Shown piece by piece: positions 30,015 to 45,675 of a stretch of DNA of 64,000 bases (position 1 is the first letter of the stretch; every line of letters starts with the position of its first letter). The DNA is from Octopus vulgaris (taxonomy: Eukaryota), in NCBI GenBank assembly GCA_951406725.2, contig OX597828.1, positions 61,752,001 through 61,816,000 on the forward strand, read 5' to 3'. Under the pieces are notes generated by a model. It saw only the letters and a list, made by a program, of their open reading frames with translations, searched no databases and was not told the origin of the DNA. The translations under genes and the position numbers were made by a program.

Positions 30015-31800
30015 CGAAAAAGTTTACAAATCTCCACGAAACCATAGTAATACAGCAAAAAAGAGTGCATATCAAAAGGATAGGTACCATTGTGGCTAAC
30101 AAAAATAAGAACTTGCCTCAAACTACCATCCAATTCAAGTATCTACTAAATAAATGGAAACGTTTGGATAAGTAGGGAATTTATAGCAACACATGAAAAG
30201 CACGATGAACAGAAAGGCTGTTGAAAAGAAAACAAAACAATAAAAGACCAATTAATTAATGATTGACAAGATGATCTTGAGAAATTACAGAATGTAATTG
30301 ACAAATTTATACCTGAAGTGAACCAATAAAAAAATTATGTACGATATAGTCCCACATTCGTGTATCAAGCGGTGCCTAGAAATTTTCAAGATCCTGGAAA
30401 CGTTTGTTGTTTGTTAAAAATCTCAATGCCTATTAGTGAGTAGAATTAGCATCAGGAGAAGAAAATTTGAAAGATATACAGATCAGAAGAGAAAGCTTCC
30501 AATGGGACAGCCTTTCTCTCATCATGTTTGTAATGGCACTGATCCTTTTGTCGATTATACTAAATGAAATTTAGGAAGGGTGCTCATTGGGAATGAATAG
30601 TGGTGAAAATGAATTCACTCCATTTATGGAAGATTTGTTTTATGGCAAAAACAAGAACCTACTGGATTCATTAGTGCAAACTGTATGACCTTTTAATAAT
30701 GACAATGTGATGACTTTTAGTATCGAAAAGATGCTGTGAGAGAGATGAAACGGTGGGGAAAACATAAAAAGACCACGAATTGATCAATAAATTCAATGAG
30801 AATATATAATTATTCAATACAGAAGAAAAATAAGTATCTTATACATCTGGTGTCCTTAATTAAAGTACGGAATAAAAAATATTGTACAGAGGCAGGATGA
30901 GCTTGTTGACATCGACGACAAAAAAACACGATGAACTCTCAACGTATTTCCAATCTGATGTGGATCGATTATACAGCAAAAGAGCAGAAGAAGGAAGAGG
31001 GTTAATGCGTGTCGAAGAGATATGAGAACTAAAGAAGACAAGATCAAGTCTAGAAAAGGAGAAACATTATTTCAGAAGGTAACGAGTTATAGAATATTTA
31101 CAGAATCTGTGGAACACAGAAAGAGAAAACAGGTAAGTGTGAAAGAGGGTATCAAAATTCTAAGAAAAGTTTCACTCATCATTTTTCAAAAACGTACAAG
31201 AGATAAGGGATTACGATGACAGCTGACTATGGATAAAGGAAGAGGTGCTGAAGAAAGGGAGCGAAATAATATTCTTGGCAACACAGGAACAGGTTTTTAG
31301 TGTAATTTGGATCAAAAAGATGATAGATCATCAGGATTGTTCACCCACATACAGAATGTGCGATAACACAGATGAGACCATGACTCATATTGTATTGGAA
31401 TGTCTACAGTTAGCTCAGAGTGAATACAAAAAGTGTAGGAATGATAAGATTGTTGCAATAATACACTGGAATGTTTGCGGGAAATCTGCTTTTGAATGCA
31501 CAGAAGTGCAAATCTTCGCAAACGATGAAGAATGTTGTGATAAGACAAACAGGAAGAAAACAACACAGCAGACCGGATAATGTTGTCGACATGAAATGCT
31601 CATTTGACACGAGAGTGATAAGAACAAGAAATCATTGTATTATGCCAGCGTGATGTATAAAATCTTGGGTCATATTACTGCCGATCATAAGTAGCAAAAA
31701 ATCTGAGACCAAAACTTTGAAAAGCTTGATCTTATCCTGTTAGTGCAGGAAATATGTCTACTAGGTTCAGCAAGAATTATCCGAAAGTCCTAAATACAAT
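30015..31800 (+). mobile_element. Old degenerate R4/Dong-type LINE
   Basis: Relic motifs QLMIDKMIL, DIVPHS, GDSLS, FLATQEQ...YRMCDNTDETMTHIVLECLQLAQSEYKKCRNDKIVAIIHW, LLGSARII. Confidence 0.8.
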
Positions 31801-33292
31801 ATTAGAACAATTATGAAAGGCAGAAAAAGAAAGCTTTTCTTCAGAAAGTACAAAATGCTCAACTTATACCTCGTGTCGGGATTCTATTGGAAGCATAATT
31901 AAATCGGGTAAACACCACTTCCATGAAATAATAGATCACAGTAATAATCATACATCAACTAGAAAGAGAGTTTCTACATGGGCGCTTGACTTGTTAGAGG
32001 TAGCAAACAAATTCTCAAATCACTCAAACCACACTGCCGTTTTGAAAAAGGAATAGTATTCTCCAACATAGCTCTCAACTAATTTGATGACTAGAATACC
32101 CTTGATCAGAGCCTACCAAGGGCTAAACATCAACAGACTCTAAAATTCTGTATATCAATGGAGTACATTACGTCACGAACCAAATCTACGTGCTATAGAA
32201 ATAGCGACCAAACCTCGAAAACATATACTTGTAACACACAAGTAGTGTTCCTTGAATAGTATAAAGTATAGTTCTAGGTCTAAGTACAATACTCCTGACG
32301 AAAAAAGAAAGTAAAAAAAGATAAGATGGTAAGATGGTCATAACTTAAATGGTTTTCTTCATAGTGTTTCTTTATCGATTTTGAGCTAAGCAACACCGCC
32401 ATCCCCATCACAATTCACCACTGTACTCTTCAAGTTATCGTATCTCATCTCATTAAAGTGTACACAATACCATGCGACATTATAATACTACACTGCACCA
32501 TAATGGAATATGTTCCACATCACTACACCAGATTATAACGATTTAAACAAACTACACAATCAACCGCCACTAGACGCCGCCAGCGTTAAATACCAATACT
32601 ATACTCTATACCCCAGCATACCATTTAACAGGTTAAGATATTGCACCATCCTAGACAGCAATTTTGCAAACCACACGCATATGTAATACACAACAATGTT
32701 AGTTGCCTCTGCACACTCGCACATCACACTGTGTCTCATTTCGACATCCGTACAATATACTATATCATCCTATATCGCACCACATTATCATATATTTAAC
32801 TATACCACTGCACTAGGTGGATCTTTTTTCTTTTTTTCATTATGCATTTTTTTAAAGAAAGTAAAAAATCTGAGAAACGGCTATAATAATGTAGCCTTCC
32901 AGACTCATTGCTTTGTAGGTATGATGTTGTGGATAAAAAATTGAGAAAAAGTTACAGAGGTTTAAAAATCGAAAAAAAACTGTATATTTTTAGCCAATAG
33001 CTAGACAGAAATTTTCTGCTTTTAGCGGAGCGGTGTCAACTTTAAGGTTGTACCCTGTGAAATTTATAGTTTAGCGTCTGACATATCCATTGTAGGTTTC
33101 TAAATAAACAGAAATACCTAATAAAATCAACATGTATCATCTTACTGTTTTGTCTCTTCATTGATTGTATATTAGTATTATTTTTTAAAATTTGTTATGT
33201 TAATATATTTGTCTGCATGTGTTTACTTTATGCCAAGTATTTATGTACATCATTAATATATAAGTGCATGTGGATGTATTTATGCATATATA

Positions 33293-34580
33293 CGAGGGAC
33301 GTTCAATAAGTAATGCCCCTGACCCACTTGCAGTTGATTGATCTTGCTGAAATTTTGCATGTGAAATTATTCATATCTCTATAGATTACATGGCGAATTA
33401 CAGCTCTGAACTAATTGTGGTTTCTGATTTCCAGGTGTTTAAACATAGTCAAGTGTGAAATGGAGCCTTTAGAGTGTCGAGCAGTGATCTGTTTTTTTGT
33501 ATTTGAAAGGACGCACACCATGGGAGACTTTTGATGAAATGAAAATAACTTATGGTGATGATGCCCTATCATATGACCTTGTAAAACGCTGGCATCGTGA
33601 ATTCAAACATGGTCGGAACTCTGTGGAAAAGGCTCCCAGATCTGGTCGCCCCCTTCTGCCATTGATGAGGCATCTGTCCGTCAAGTTGAGGCTGCCATTT
33701 TGGAAGATTGGCGCATAACTATTCGCCAAATAAACCATTAGGTCAAGATAAGTACCGGGTCTGTGGAAACTATCATTCATGACCCTTTGCATATGTAAAG
33801 GTTGTCTTCCAGATGGATTCCCAGGTTGTTCACACCTTTTCAGAAGCAAGAACGCGTCGAGTGCTCGAGGATGAATTTGGAGATGTGCCAAGAAGATGAG
33901 TCAAAGTTTTTCAAAAGACTGATTGCACAGGATGAAATCTGGGTCCATCACTATGATCCAGAGACCAAAGCCCAGTCAATGCAAGGGAAGCACCGTGACT
34001 CACCCCCTCCAAAGAAGGCAAGGGTGCAGCCCTCCGCTGGCAAGGACATACTCACAGTCTTCTGGGAACAGGATGGAGTAGTGATGACAGATTTCCTGGC
34101 AAAGTGTACCACAATTACAGGAGCCTATTATGCTTCATTTTTGAGGAAATTAAGAGAAGCTATCAAAATCAAGAGGCTGGGCAAGATCAGCAAAGGCATC
34201 CTCCTGCAGGACAACGCTTCGGTCCACAACTCGCGTGTCGCCAGATCAGAAGCACAGGCGTGCGGCTATGAACTCCTCCCCATCCCCCTACTCTCTTGAC
34301 CTTGCACCCTCTGATTTTCACCTCTTCCCAGCCATGAAGTTGTTTTTAAAAGGAAAACGTTTCCCAGGTGATGCAGCCTTGATTTCTGAAGTCACGTCGT
34401 GGTTGGAGAACCAAGCTGGAGTCTTCTACAAAAACGGTCTTCAGGGCTACATCAAACGATGGGAGAAATGCGTAACTCTGGGTGCTTCCTATGTAGGAAA
34501 AGACTAATAACTGTGCCAAGTTTCGTTGCTCTACTGCTATGGGAAGTGGGTCAGGGGCATTACTTATTGAATGCCCCTCG
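33293..34580 (+). mobile_element. Full-length (1288 bp) mariner element with frameshifted DD34D-type transposase
   Basis: TA TSD at 33291-92 and 34581-82; ~37-bp TIR CGAGGG(A/G)C(G/A)TTCAATAAGTAATGCCCCTGACCCACTT; motifs APRSGRP, WIPRLFT, QDEIWVHHYDPETK, LQDNASVH, PYSLDLAPSDFHLF. Confidence 0.95.
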
Positions 34581-37204
34581 TAAGTTTATATGTACATTTA
34601 TGCATTCATGTCTGTCTCCAAAACTTCAAAATTGAGTAACGTTTTTGTGCTTGGATTCGTAAACTACGAAAAGAATAACACTGGTCAACAAAGAATTTGT
34701 CCCAAGGAAAAGAATACCTGTATCTCAAACTTTTTTGTATGCAGAATTCAAATATAATGTCAAATTAGCTGTATCACCAACAGTTTCTCTTTTCCACGAT
34801 ACCCCGCTGAGTTCCTGTTACATGAGCTAAATTTCAGCTACGCTTTGAAATGTGAAGCTAATGGTTTAAGAAATACTCTTCATTAAAATTTTTATGAATA
34901 GAATTAACCTAGTGAAATCATAAATCCAGGTATCTGAGTCAATGAGTCCCCAAAAATATATGAAACGAAAATATGTAAAGATACTAACACAGAAAAAAAA
35001 AGCACAGAAAAATACTAACACACAGAAGCACAGAAAAATATGTAATATACTAACACACACAAAAATTAAAACAAAACACGCGGGTGAAAAGAATCTCGTG
35101 GTGTGAAGAATCAAGTGTGAAAAATCAACGGTACAGACAACAGTCAATCACAACATAGCGTGCGGTTGTCATGGTAACAAGCTGTTAATGCCAAGCTGTC
35201 TGTTGCTTGGCGAAAATTACCCAAATTTCCCAACTTTAATTCCAAATAACATCAGCTTCTTTAATTTACGAGATAAAGTAATTGGTTGATCGTAATCAAA
35301 TTTCAGAGTTGCATCGATACACCAAAATTGAAAGCAATCTGAGCAAAATTAAGTGGGGTGCGGCTCATTTTGCGAGTGAGAAAGACTAGATCCCATTACG
35401 TCACATAATGCAAACAACCCTCCACATTTTAAAGCATTACACCACGGGAACCCGAGAGAGCATCTACGCGATCGCTTGATTTTCCCTAAATCTCACTCTA
35501 CTGTAGAAGAAAAGAAAACGGAGATTTTGCCTGGTATGTAATGGTTTGAGTACATTTGATCATAAGTTTGATTGATTAGCGCCATCTTGGGGCTAAACAA
35601 CAATTCTACACCGCACTTCACTACATCACACTGCGAATATACTACGTCGTAGCACATGATGCCTCACAACATCCAGTTAGTTACATCCGCCTTGGCATTC
35701 CTCGTTCTACGGTACCGACGTTCCAACTTCACTTATTTCCTCTACCACTTCAGACAGACCCTGTGAATTTTGATGATGATTAGAGAAATTGTTGGAACAA
35801 CGCAGTAACAGCGGAAGACTGCTACTGTTTTTGCCTATCTTGGTGAGATAGAATCTTCTGGGGACCGAGTAAAGCAGCGGGAATCTGGCAGACACCCTAT
35901 AAATAACCATGTCAAGATTCACCAGTAATTGTCCCTGTACATTTGATAATAATTAGCAGAAGATTTATGGAAATTATATATCACAAACACATTTTTTGTA
36001 GCAAAAAAGACAAAAAATGGGACGTATATGTGGAGACAGTAACAAACTTATAATAATTTTTGTTTTCCTTTCTTTTAAAGAAGCGTTATGTGAATGCGTG
36101 TATAATAATAGAGATAAATGCAAACATACACACACACATATACACATGCTACACGCGTATACAAAACCATAAAGTTGCAGATTGTGTTATACAATAAAAG
36201 AAAAACTCCCAATAAAATTGTTGTCTATGCGTGTGTGTTCTTATGAATGAATATTCATCTAATAGTTTTAATTATTTTAAACTGTTTATGTTACAGCATA
36301 TGTTTCTAATTGAGATAAGAACATTCTAGAGTATAATTCGGCGTTACATTAATGAATGGCTGTGTACTGAGAATGAGTTTATTGGATTAGATTTTATATA
36401 CTTTACAGATATGTACGATTGTTGTTGTTGTACGTGGTGTAGACGGTGACTATAGCGGTCGTTCTAGTACCAGAGTTGTTTTTCTTTATCTCTCAGGTCA
36501 GCTCTAATCGGGCAGACGTTATGATTAAAGACATTCTGATTGTGGCCATCGCATTTTTTCACATGTTCAGAGAACTGAAGACCACATTATCCGAAGAGTT
36601 CCTTTCTAAAACGACACAGTTTTGTCTGAAGAATTAGTTGTTATTTCTAGCAACTTGGTTGACTAGATAAGAAATCCTCGTTGTATCGGTGGCGGCCATG
36701 GTGGTTATAGAGATCGTGGTGATCGGCTTATTGTTGTTTTTTCTTATTGTAGTGATAGTAGCTCTGTTCGTGATGTAGTTGGTGATGACATTTTAATCTT
36801 ATCATTCCATTATAACGAATACCAACGTAAATGGACTTTTCAATAGAAGGAAACTCGTTTCAATCCACGGTCAAAATCCTCTTAAAACAGTAGTTAAGTG
36901 ACATGATATAACGAAATCCGCTGCAAAGAATATTTCAATTCAACGAAACAAAATTGAAATAACGGCAAACATTTCTCGCTATTGTGAGAAAAAGAAGAAA
37001 AATTAAAGCTAAAACATTTTTGTGACAATAATCCGATAAATCAGACTTACAGGTGGTATAAAATATCAATTGAGACACAGACGATGCGACGATTAGAAGT
37101 CTTGTCACCTTAAGAGTGAGTGAAATGTTAACATAGAGCCGTGTCAGAGAAGTATAATGATGCTCATGGGAATAAATACACACACACGCACACACATATG
37201 TAGG

Positions 37205-37610
37205 CGGCGCAGGCTTGGGCGTGATAAGCAGAGGCGTGGCTGCGTGGTAAGACATTTGTTTCCCAACCACAGGGCTTCTTGTTTAGTCCACAGCGCAATA
37301 TCTTAGGCAAGTGTCCTCAACCATAGCCTCAGGCTGACCAAAACTTTGTGAAAGGATTCGATTGACGGAAACTGAAATAATCCCATAGTATATATGTATG
37401 TGTGTGTGTTTTTGCCCGTGTTTATTTGCTACCACCGCTTGACAACCGGTGTGTTGATTTGTTTGCGTCCCCATAACTTAGGGGTTCGGCAAAAGAGACC
37501 TATATAATAAGTACCAGACTCTAAAAAATAAGCACTGGGGTCGATTCGTTCGACTAAAATTCATGAAGGCAGTGCCCCAGCATGACCGAAACAAATAGAA
37601 AGAATAAAAG
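37205..37610 (+). mobile_element. tRNA-derived SINE (third family; other copies at ~20540, ~25390, ~52960, ~63290)
   Basis: Head GGCGTGGCTGCGTGGTAAG; body GGCAAGTGTC...CCATAGCCTCAGGCTGACC; tail ACTGGGGTCGATT...GGCAGTGCCCCAGCATG. Confidence 0.7.
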
Positions 37611-37930
37611 ATTATAAAATACCTAACCCTCTATTGAATTCTAGGTTAGAAATTTCCCGCAGTTGCATGCATATGTATAAATATATTTTGGAAAATTGGA
37701 AAATTCTGCCTATGCCTGACTGACTTGATATTTTTCCAGCCTTATCATTTAAGGTCTAAGAAGAATAGCTTTTACCTTTTCACTATTTAGTCTTTACATT
37801 TTAGTTTCTGGTTGTTTTTTTTCCCCGTTTTCCATTGTTTACTGTCTGCGTTTTCTACATGCTGCCTTCTCAGTTTTTTTCGCGTTTCTTCGATTATTCA
37901 TTTTCTTTAGTTCGTTATGATATGTGGATT

Positions 37931-37984
37931 GCGCCTGAAGACAATGTTTGAGTTTTCTCAGAATATGAAACTATTAGTAGCGTT
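37931..37984 (+). ncRNA. Degenerate hammerhead-like motif
   Basis: GCGC-CUGAAGA-CA-AUGUUUGAG-UUUU-CUCAGAAUAU-GAAA-CUAUUAG-U-A-GCGU. All three stems can form, but the junction has extra nucleotides. Confidence 0.45.
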
Positions 37985-38086
37985 TAAATAATTGTATTGT
38001 GACCTTTAGATAGATAATATTTATTTCTTACCAGATTGAGTACTTTTTTTGTTGAATTTTCTACCAAGAGTCAGTAATACATACAT

Positions 38087-38211
<125 letters not shown>

Positions 38212-38693
38212 CACACACAATTTAAATGAGAAAAGGAGAAGTCAGATCGACACTACCAGTGTTTCCATATCTCATACAATGTCATACATAAACTTCCTTC
38301 GCGATTGATGAGTACGGCATATAAGTATGTATGCATGTGTATTGACTAACTTCATCAGGGAGATAAAATTTGTCAGTACCATCGACCCCGAAAGAATGAA
38401 AGGTGATAATGACTTAAGCGGGGTTTGAACTGAGAACATAAAAGTCAAAACAAGTGAAAGAATAGTTTCTCACTTAGACACAAGCCCAGCAATTTTAAAG
38501 GGCGGTGGTTAACCGATAGCGTCGACAATGAATGTATGAACGACAAAATTGATCACGGCAGGAAGTGAACTCAGAACGTAAAGTATTGGAAAAAATTTTG
38601 CAAAGGCATTTTATCCGAAGCTTTAACGATTCTGCCGAAAGTGAAGAGAAAAGACGAGAAGAAAATAGGACTGAAGTAAAGGAATCAATTCGA

Positions 38694-38766
<73 letters not shown>

Positions 38767-40357
38767 GAAGGAGGTTAAGTCTTCAATACAATTAGAAACT
38801 CACATACAAAGCAACAAGAGAGCGCGCACACACGCACGTACATACAGACAAACTAAGACAAATACACATGAAAACAAATGTGATTGGATTTAAAAACTGC
38901 TTCGAACATATACAACTACAGACATATATAGATACCTATGCATGCAGAATCATACACACACACAACAGAGATACACACACACAACATGTGCGTGCGTGCG
39001 CGTACCAAAAGATATATGCACATTAAAATTCATACTATACTTGTGTGTGTACATATATGTACATACATTTTGAAAATAAATCTAGGGCTTCTTTCACTTA
39101 TTCATGTAAGTTTTCCGATAAACTCAAACAATATGCATATTTATTACGCATATATGTCGAACATACATACTACGCAAAAGCTAATAAAGGACCTACACGC
39201 AGTAGAGTGTGAAAGTAGGAGTTGAAAATATAATCAGAAACTGCTGAGGTATGTTTAAGACCATATGGTGATGAGAAGCCCCGGCTGAAGGTTAAATGTT
39301 GCTCCTTGTGTTTGAGGAATGGGGAAAACCATTCAGAGATACGTGTAAATAGTAGTGTGGTGCTGCAGAATCTAGAACTTCCTGGTTGTTACAAAGAACA
39401 TCGATCGAGTGCCCTCGAAATCTGTAAGGCACAATCAAATTGGTTGACTCTAGGTTTGAGCAAATTAGAGTAGTTATATCGAGGGTGAAGAGACAAGAGA
39501 GAAGAAAGGTAACGATGTTAGACTGGGTGTGTCGGAGGCTGGAGAAAATAAAAGAAAATTGATGCTGAAGCAGCGGTTTCGCAACGAAGTCAAGATTTAA
39601 CCAAAAATTCGACATGACCGCTTCTGAGACTATTGATATTGATACGGCTGAATCCAGTAACCATAGTAAGTTGAAAAATGTCTAAGTCAATGGCTGTCCC
39701 CAATCTAACAGTAAAACAATAAACACCCCGCCTAGTGTCCATTTGTTTTGGATTATCAGTTACACCCATGTAGGTTGCGAACACAGCAAATCTCAATAAA
39801 CCAGTTCCTGAATGTATCTCACATATGAGCTTATTCAATCCTCGCCTTGCTCTGTCTCCCTCGCACTTTCTATTTCAACCTCTCTCTTGTGTTCTAAAAC
39901 AGGGTGTCACAAACCTTTCCGTTTATAGAATTATATTATGGAGTATTTTTTCTTGTGATGCAATTTTGATTTATATCTTATTCTAATTAGTTTCTTTTTC
40001 TACAGCAATTGAATCCAAGCGGCTTAAAATATGATGTAATACATTTATAATTGTAATAATAAGCAATATGTGCACCTTTATTACAATTATGAATACCATT
40101 TTCTCTTGGTTTTCGTGTCAAGTAGCATTCAAGCATATGGAGGCTTTAAGAGGCTACCATTACCTCTATACTAAAAAACTTGTATAACCGTCTGTAATAT
40201 CCAACAATATAGCTGTCGCTAATACTTAATCTAAGATCAGTCCTGATCGAGAAGACGAATTACGTAATGTGTTCTAGCTATGCACATTCCATCCTTTTGC
40301 AACTCTATCGCTAGAGTGTTCAATACATACCTCTTTTTTATGACAACTGTGAGTGAC

Positions 40358-41350
<993 letters not shown>

Positions 41351-41909
41351 GACCTGTGTGGGGGTTTGATTCAATGGGGTTTGTTATTTCTAGCAGATCG
41401 AGTAGCGATGAAAAAGCTCCACCATTGGCTCTTCAATGCAGAATACATAAGTTATAGCAGATATATTTCTTTTTCCAAATATGTAAATATCTTACGTTGT
41501 TAGGAAGAGAATCTCTGGTAACAAGAAGTAAAAAAGAAAAATGGACGACGCATAGAAAAAGCTAGGAAGTAACCTATGTGGCAAAGGAACTTTCAAATAG
41601 ATATTAACAATCTCTGCTGGAAACAGCTAAAGGAACCATTACATTAGAACCATAAGTGATAGGAAAAAGGAAGAAGAGAATAAAAATATAATTTCCCTTA
41701 GAAACAGAATTTACAAGTTGGACTGGGCATATAATATCATAGACAGCATATTGGTGCGCGGCCAGATAAATGGTTATCAGTTAGGACGCTAAATGTGATC
41801 GAAGCTGAAATTGCTGCTGGAATCCAGAATGTTGTGTCAGTGGCAGAAATCCAGATTATCTCTAAGTAACTTTTATTCGAATATATACAGCATATATATT
41901 TTAACGTGT

Positions 41910-41949
<40 letters not shown>

Positions 41950-42227
41950 TAATAAATAAAATATATGCATACATACATATATGTACGTACCTACATCTAC
42001 ATGTATATATACATGCATATATAAATATATATATATGTGAGTACAGGACACTACAAATAGACGTAGAACTCAACGAGAAACGAAAACGTAAAATCAAACA
42101 TGCAAACGGACTTTTTTTAACAACGAAAAAACAGAGTACAAGACAAACAATACAAGGAAAATTCCCCTTCATCAGCTGTCCCTAGTTCGACTCCATGCGT
42201 GTTTCGAAGGTAAGGACAGAACACGAA

Positions 42228-42380
42228 CCTAATGTCCGGTTGCCCATAATCTCTCATCAAGGTGGAAGGGAAAACCCTTTGTCTGGGCGTTCAACAAGTC
42301 TCGTAGCTACTTGTTGAACGCTCGAACAAAGGGTTTCTACCACCAATTTGAAGATACGTTATGGGCCACCGGCCATTAGG
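42228..42380. repeat. Long imperfect hairpin (~150 nt)
   Basis: Core AAACCCTTTGTCTGGGCGTTCAACAAGT / 9-nt loop / ACTTGTTGAACGCTCGAACAAAGGGTTT; outer CCTAATG.CCGGT.GCCCATAA pairs with TTATGGGC.ACCGG.CATTAGG. Confidence 0.85.
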
Positions 42381-42464
42381 GTCTGAAGAAACGCCGTCTA
42401 AGCTAAGTGTATTATGGTCGTGAATCGCAGGGTAACCCCATAGACCGGCCATAACTATTTTTAC

Positions 42465-43065
<601 letters not shown>

Positions 43066-43123
43066 ACTAGGCCGCTGGTGGCAAAAGAATTCTACAAAAT
43101 TTTTTTTTGCCACCCTATATTGA

Positions 43124-43197
<74 letters not shown>

Positions 43198-43481
43198 TAT
43201 ATTCAGAATATATTCTTTGTGGAAAGTAGCGATTTGACGTCTATATCTAGCATGTTGACCGTCCACTTTTAGTGGTCAGTCCTTTAAATTTTGTAAGTAA
43301 AAATATTTTAATCTTCGGATTTTTTTAATATGCTGGGTCACTGGTTTTAATTGATTAATATCAATTTCTACCCTTATTAAATTTTAAATTATATATACAT
43401 ACATATATATATATACATATATATATATATGTATATATATCTATAGATATGTATTATATATGTATATATATATATGTATAT

Positions 43482-43529
<48 letters not shown>

Positions 43530-43663
43530 GTATATATATATATGTATATATATATATTATATATATATGTATATATATATATTATATATATATATATATG
43601 TATATATATGTATATATATTTATATATGTATATTATATATATATGTATATATATATATTTATA

Positions 43664-43731
<68 letters not shown>

Positions 43732-43933
43732 GAGTGTATTTTTACCTTGTTAACAATTAACACGGAAAAATAAATAAATAGTTACCAGGGCAGCAAACTC
43801 CATTTTTTATTCATATATATATATATATATATATATACATACATACATTCTTTATTTATGATCAGCTTTATGTAGCTCCCCATTCCATCTCATTTCAAAC
43901 CACGATAACAAGCATGCGACAACAAGCATGCGA

Positions 43934-44150
43934 CGATTTCATCTCAATCGAAGGAGAGGGGCTTTCTCCGTCCGGGTTGCGGATTCGTGGAATAAGCTGC
44001 CGGACGAGATGGTGAAGATGCCGACGACCGCTCGGTTCAAAGTCACCCTTGACCACAAGTGGCCTGAACTCTTTACATGAACACCACCCTTTACATAACT
44101 CCATGGCCTTGCTTTTTGCGTTTTGAGCCAAAAAATTAACTAACTAACAT
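43934..44150 (+). mobile_element. CR1-type LINE 3' end
   Basis: RFHLNRRRGAFSVRVADSWNKLPDEMVKMPTTARFKVTLDHKWPELFT*, followed by a short (AACT)n tail. Confidence 0.8.
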
Positions 44151-44483
44151 ATGCAAGTAACGAAATGCATTGTAATCGAATCAAGTGAAACCGAATTCAT
44201 TGAACTTGGCACCTTTTGAAAAGTCACCTGACGGGACACATCTGCAGCGAAGGATGCAACACCAGTTCTTGAGAATCTCACTCATGAGAGACCGATGCAA
44301 GATGAATTGAAACGATCGTTCTAATTAATAAAGTCTCTCGTGAATTCCATTTTCTCTTTCTCTCATTTGCTACATACATACATACATACATACATACATA
44401 CATACATACATACATGCATACATACATACATACATACATACACACACACATACATACATACATACATACATACATACATACAT

Positions 44484-44514
<31 letters not shown>

Positions 44515-44559
44515 TACATACATACATACATACATACATACATACATACATACATACAT

Positions 44560-44594
<35 letters not shown>

Positions 44595-44630
44595 TACATA
44601 CATACATACATACATACATACATACATACA

Positions 44631-44662
<32 letters not shown>

Positions 44663-45089
44663 AAAGTTTCTGTAAGCCGAATCATGCTCACAAAATATTG
44701 ATCGATTCGGTGTAATAATAAAAGACTATGGCACAGGGGTGAATAAAAAACTATGACACAGAAGTGAATACAGAATCGCACGGTTCCAAATCGACGTCCT
44801 TAACCAGACTACCTTTGCCTTTATGAGTCTTACTCCATTTTATTTTTTCTCAGGTATTTTGCCTTTTCTTCACGAAATTCTGGATACAAATATTTGTTAA
44901 ATGTTTACATTCATCTCATAAAACTACAACACCCTTTAAAATTGTTCGACTAACTTTCGGTTAGAAAAGACTCTACGTGCTTCGGGTGGTCGGTTGAGTT
45001 GGTAGATATAGCAGCTAAATTTCTTTCCAGTTATAAACTTACTATCTTAAGAAAAAATCAAAAAGACAAATAAACCAAAAATAACAATA

Positions 45090-45675
45090 ATCCTTTGTAC
45101 TAAATGCACAAGGCCTGATATTTGGGGTGGGGGGATGAGTCGATTACATCAACCCCAGTGCTCAACTGGTACTTATTTTATCGACCCCGAAAGAATGAAA
45201 GGCAAAGTAGACCTCGGCGGGATTTGAACTCAGTATGTGAAGACGGACGAAATACCACTAAGCATTTCGACCAGCGTGCTAACGATTCTGCCAGTTCGCC
45301 GTCTTACCCTGCCAGCTCGCCGACAATACTAATAATATTCCTTTCTACTATAGACACAAGGTCTGAAATTTTGTGTGTAACTGGTACTTATTTCATTGAC
45401 CTCAGAAGGATGAAAGGCAAAATCGACCGAGACGGAATTTGAACTCAGAACGCAGCGACGGGCAAAATACCGCTAAGCATTTCGTCCAGCGTGCTAAAGA
45501 TTCTGCCAGCTCGACGCCTTACTAATAATCCATTCTACTAAGGCCTGAAATTTGGTGGGGTGGAGACTAGTCGATTACATCGGCCCCAGGGTTTTACTTA
45601 ATTTATCAACTTCAGTGGAACTTGAACTCAGAAAGTAGCGACGGGCGAAATACCGCTAACAATTCAGCTAGCGCA
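45090..45675 (-). mobile_element. Cluster of 3-4 tandem same-orientation tRNA-SINE copies
   Basis: Repeated GAACTCAG...AAATACC(A/G)CTAAGCATTTCG...GCTAA(C/A)GATTCTGCCAG units separated by short TAA runs. Confidence 0.8.
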
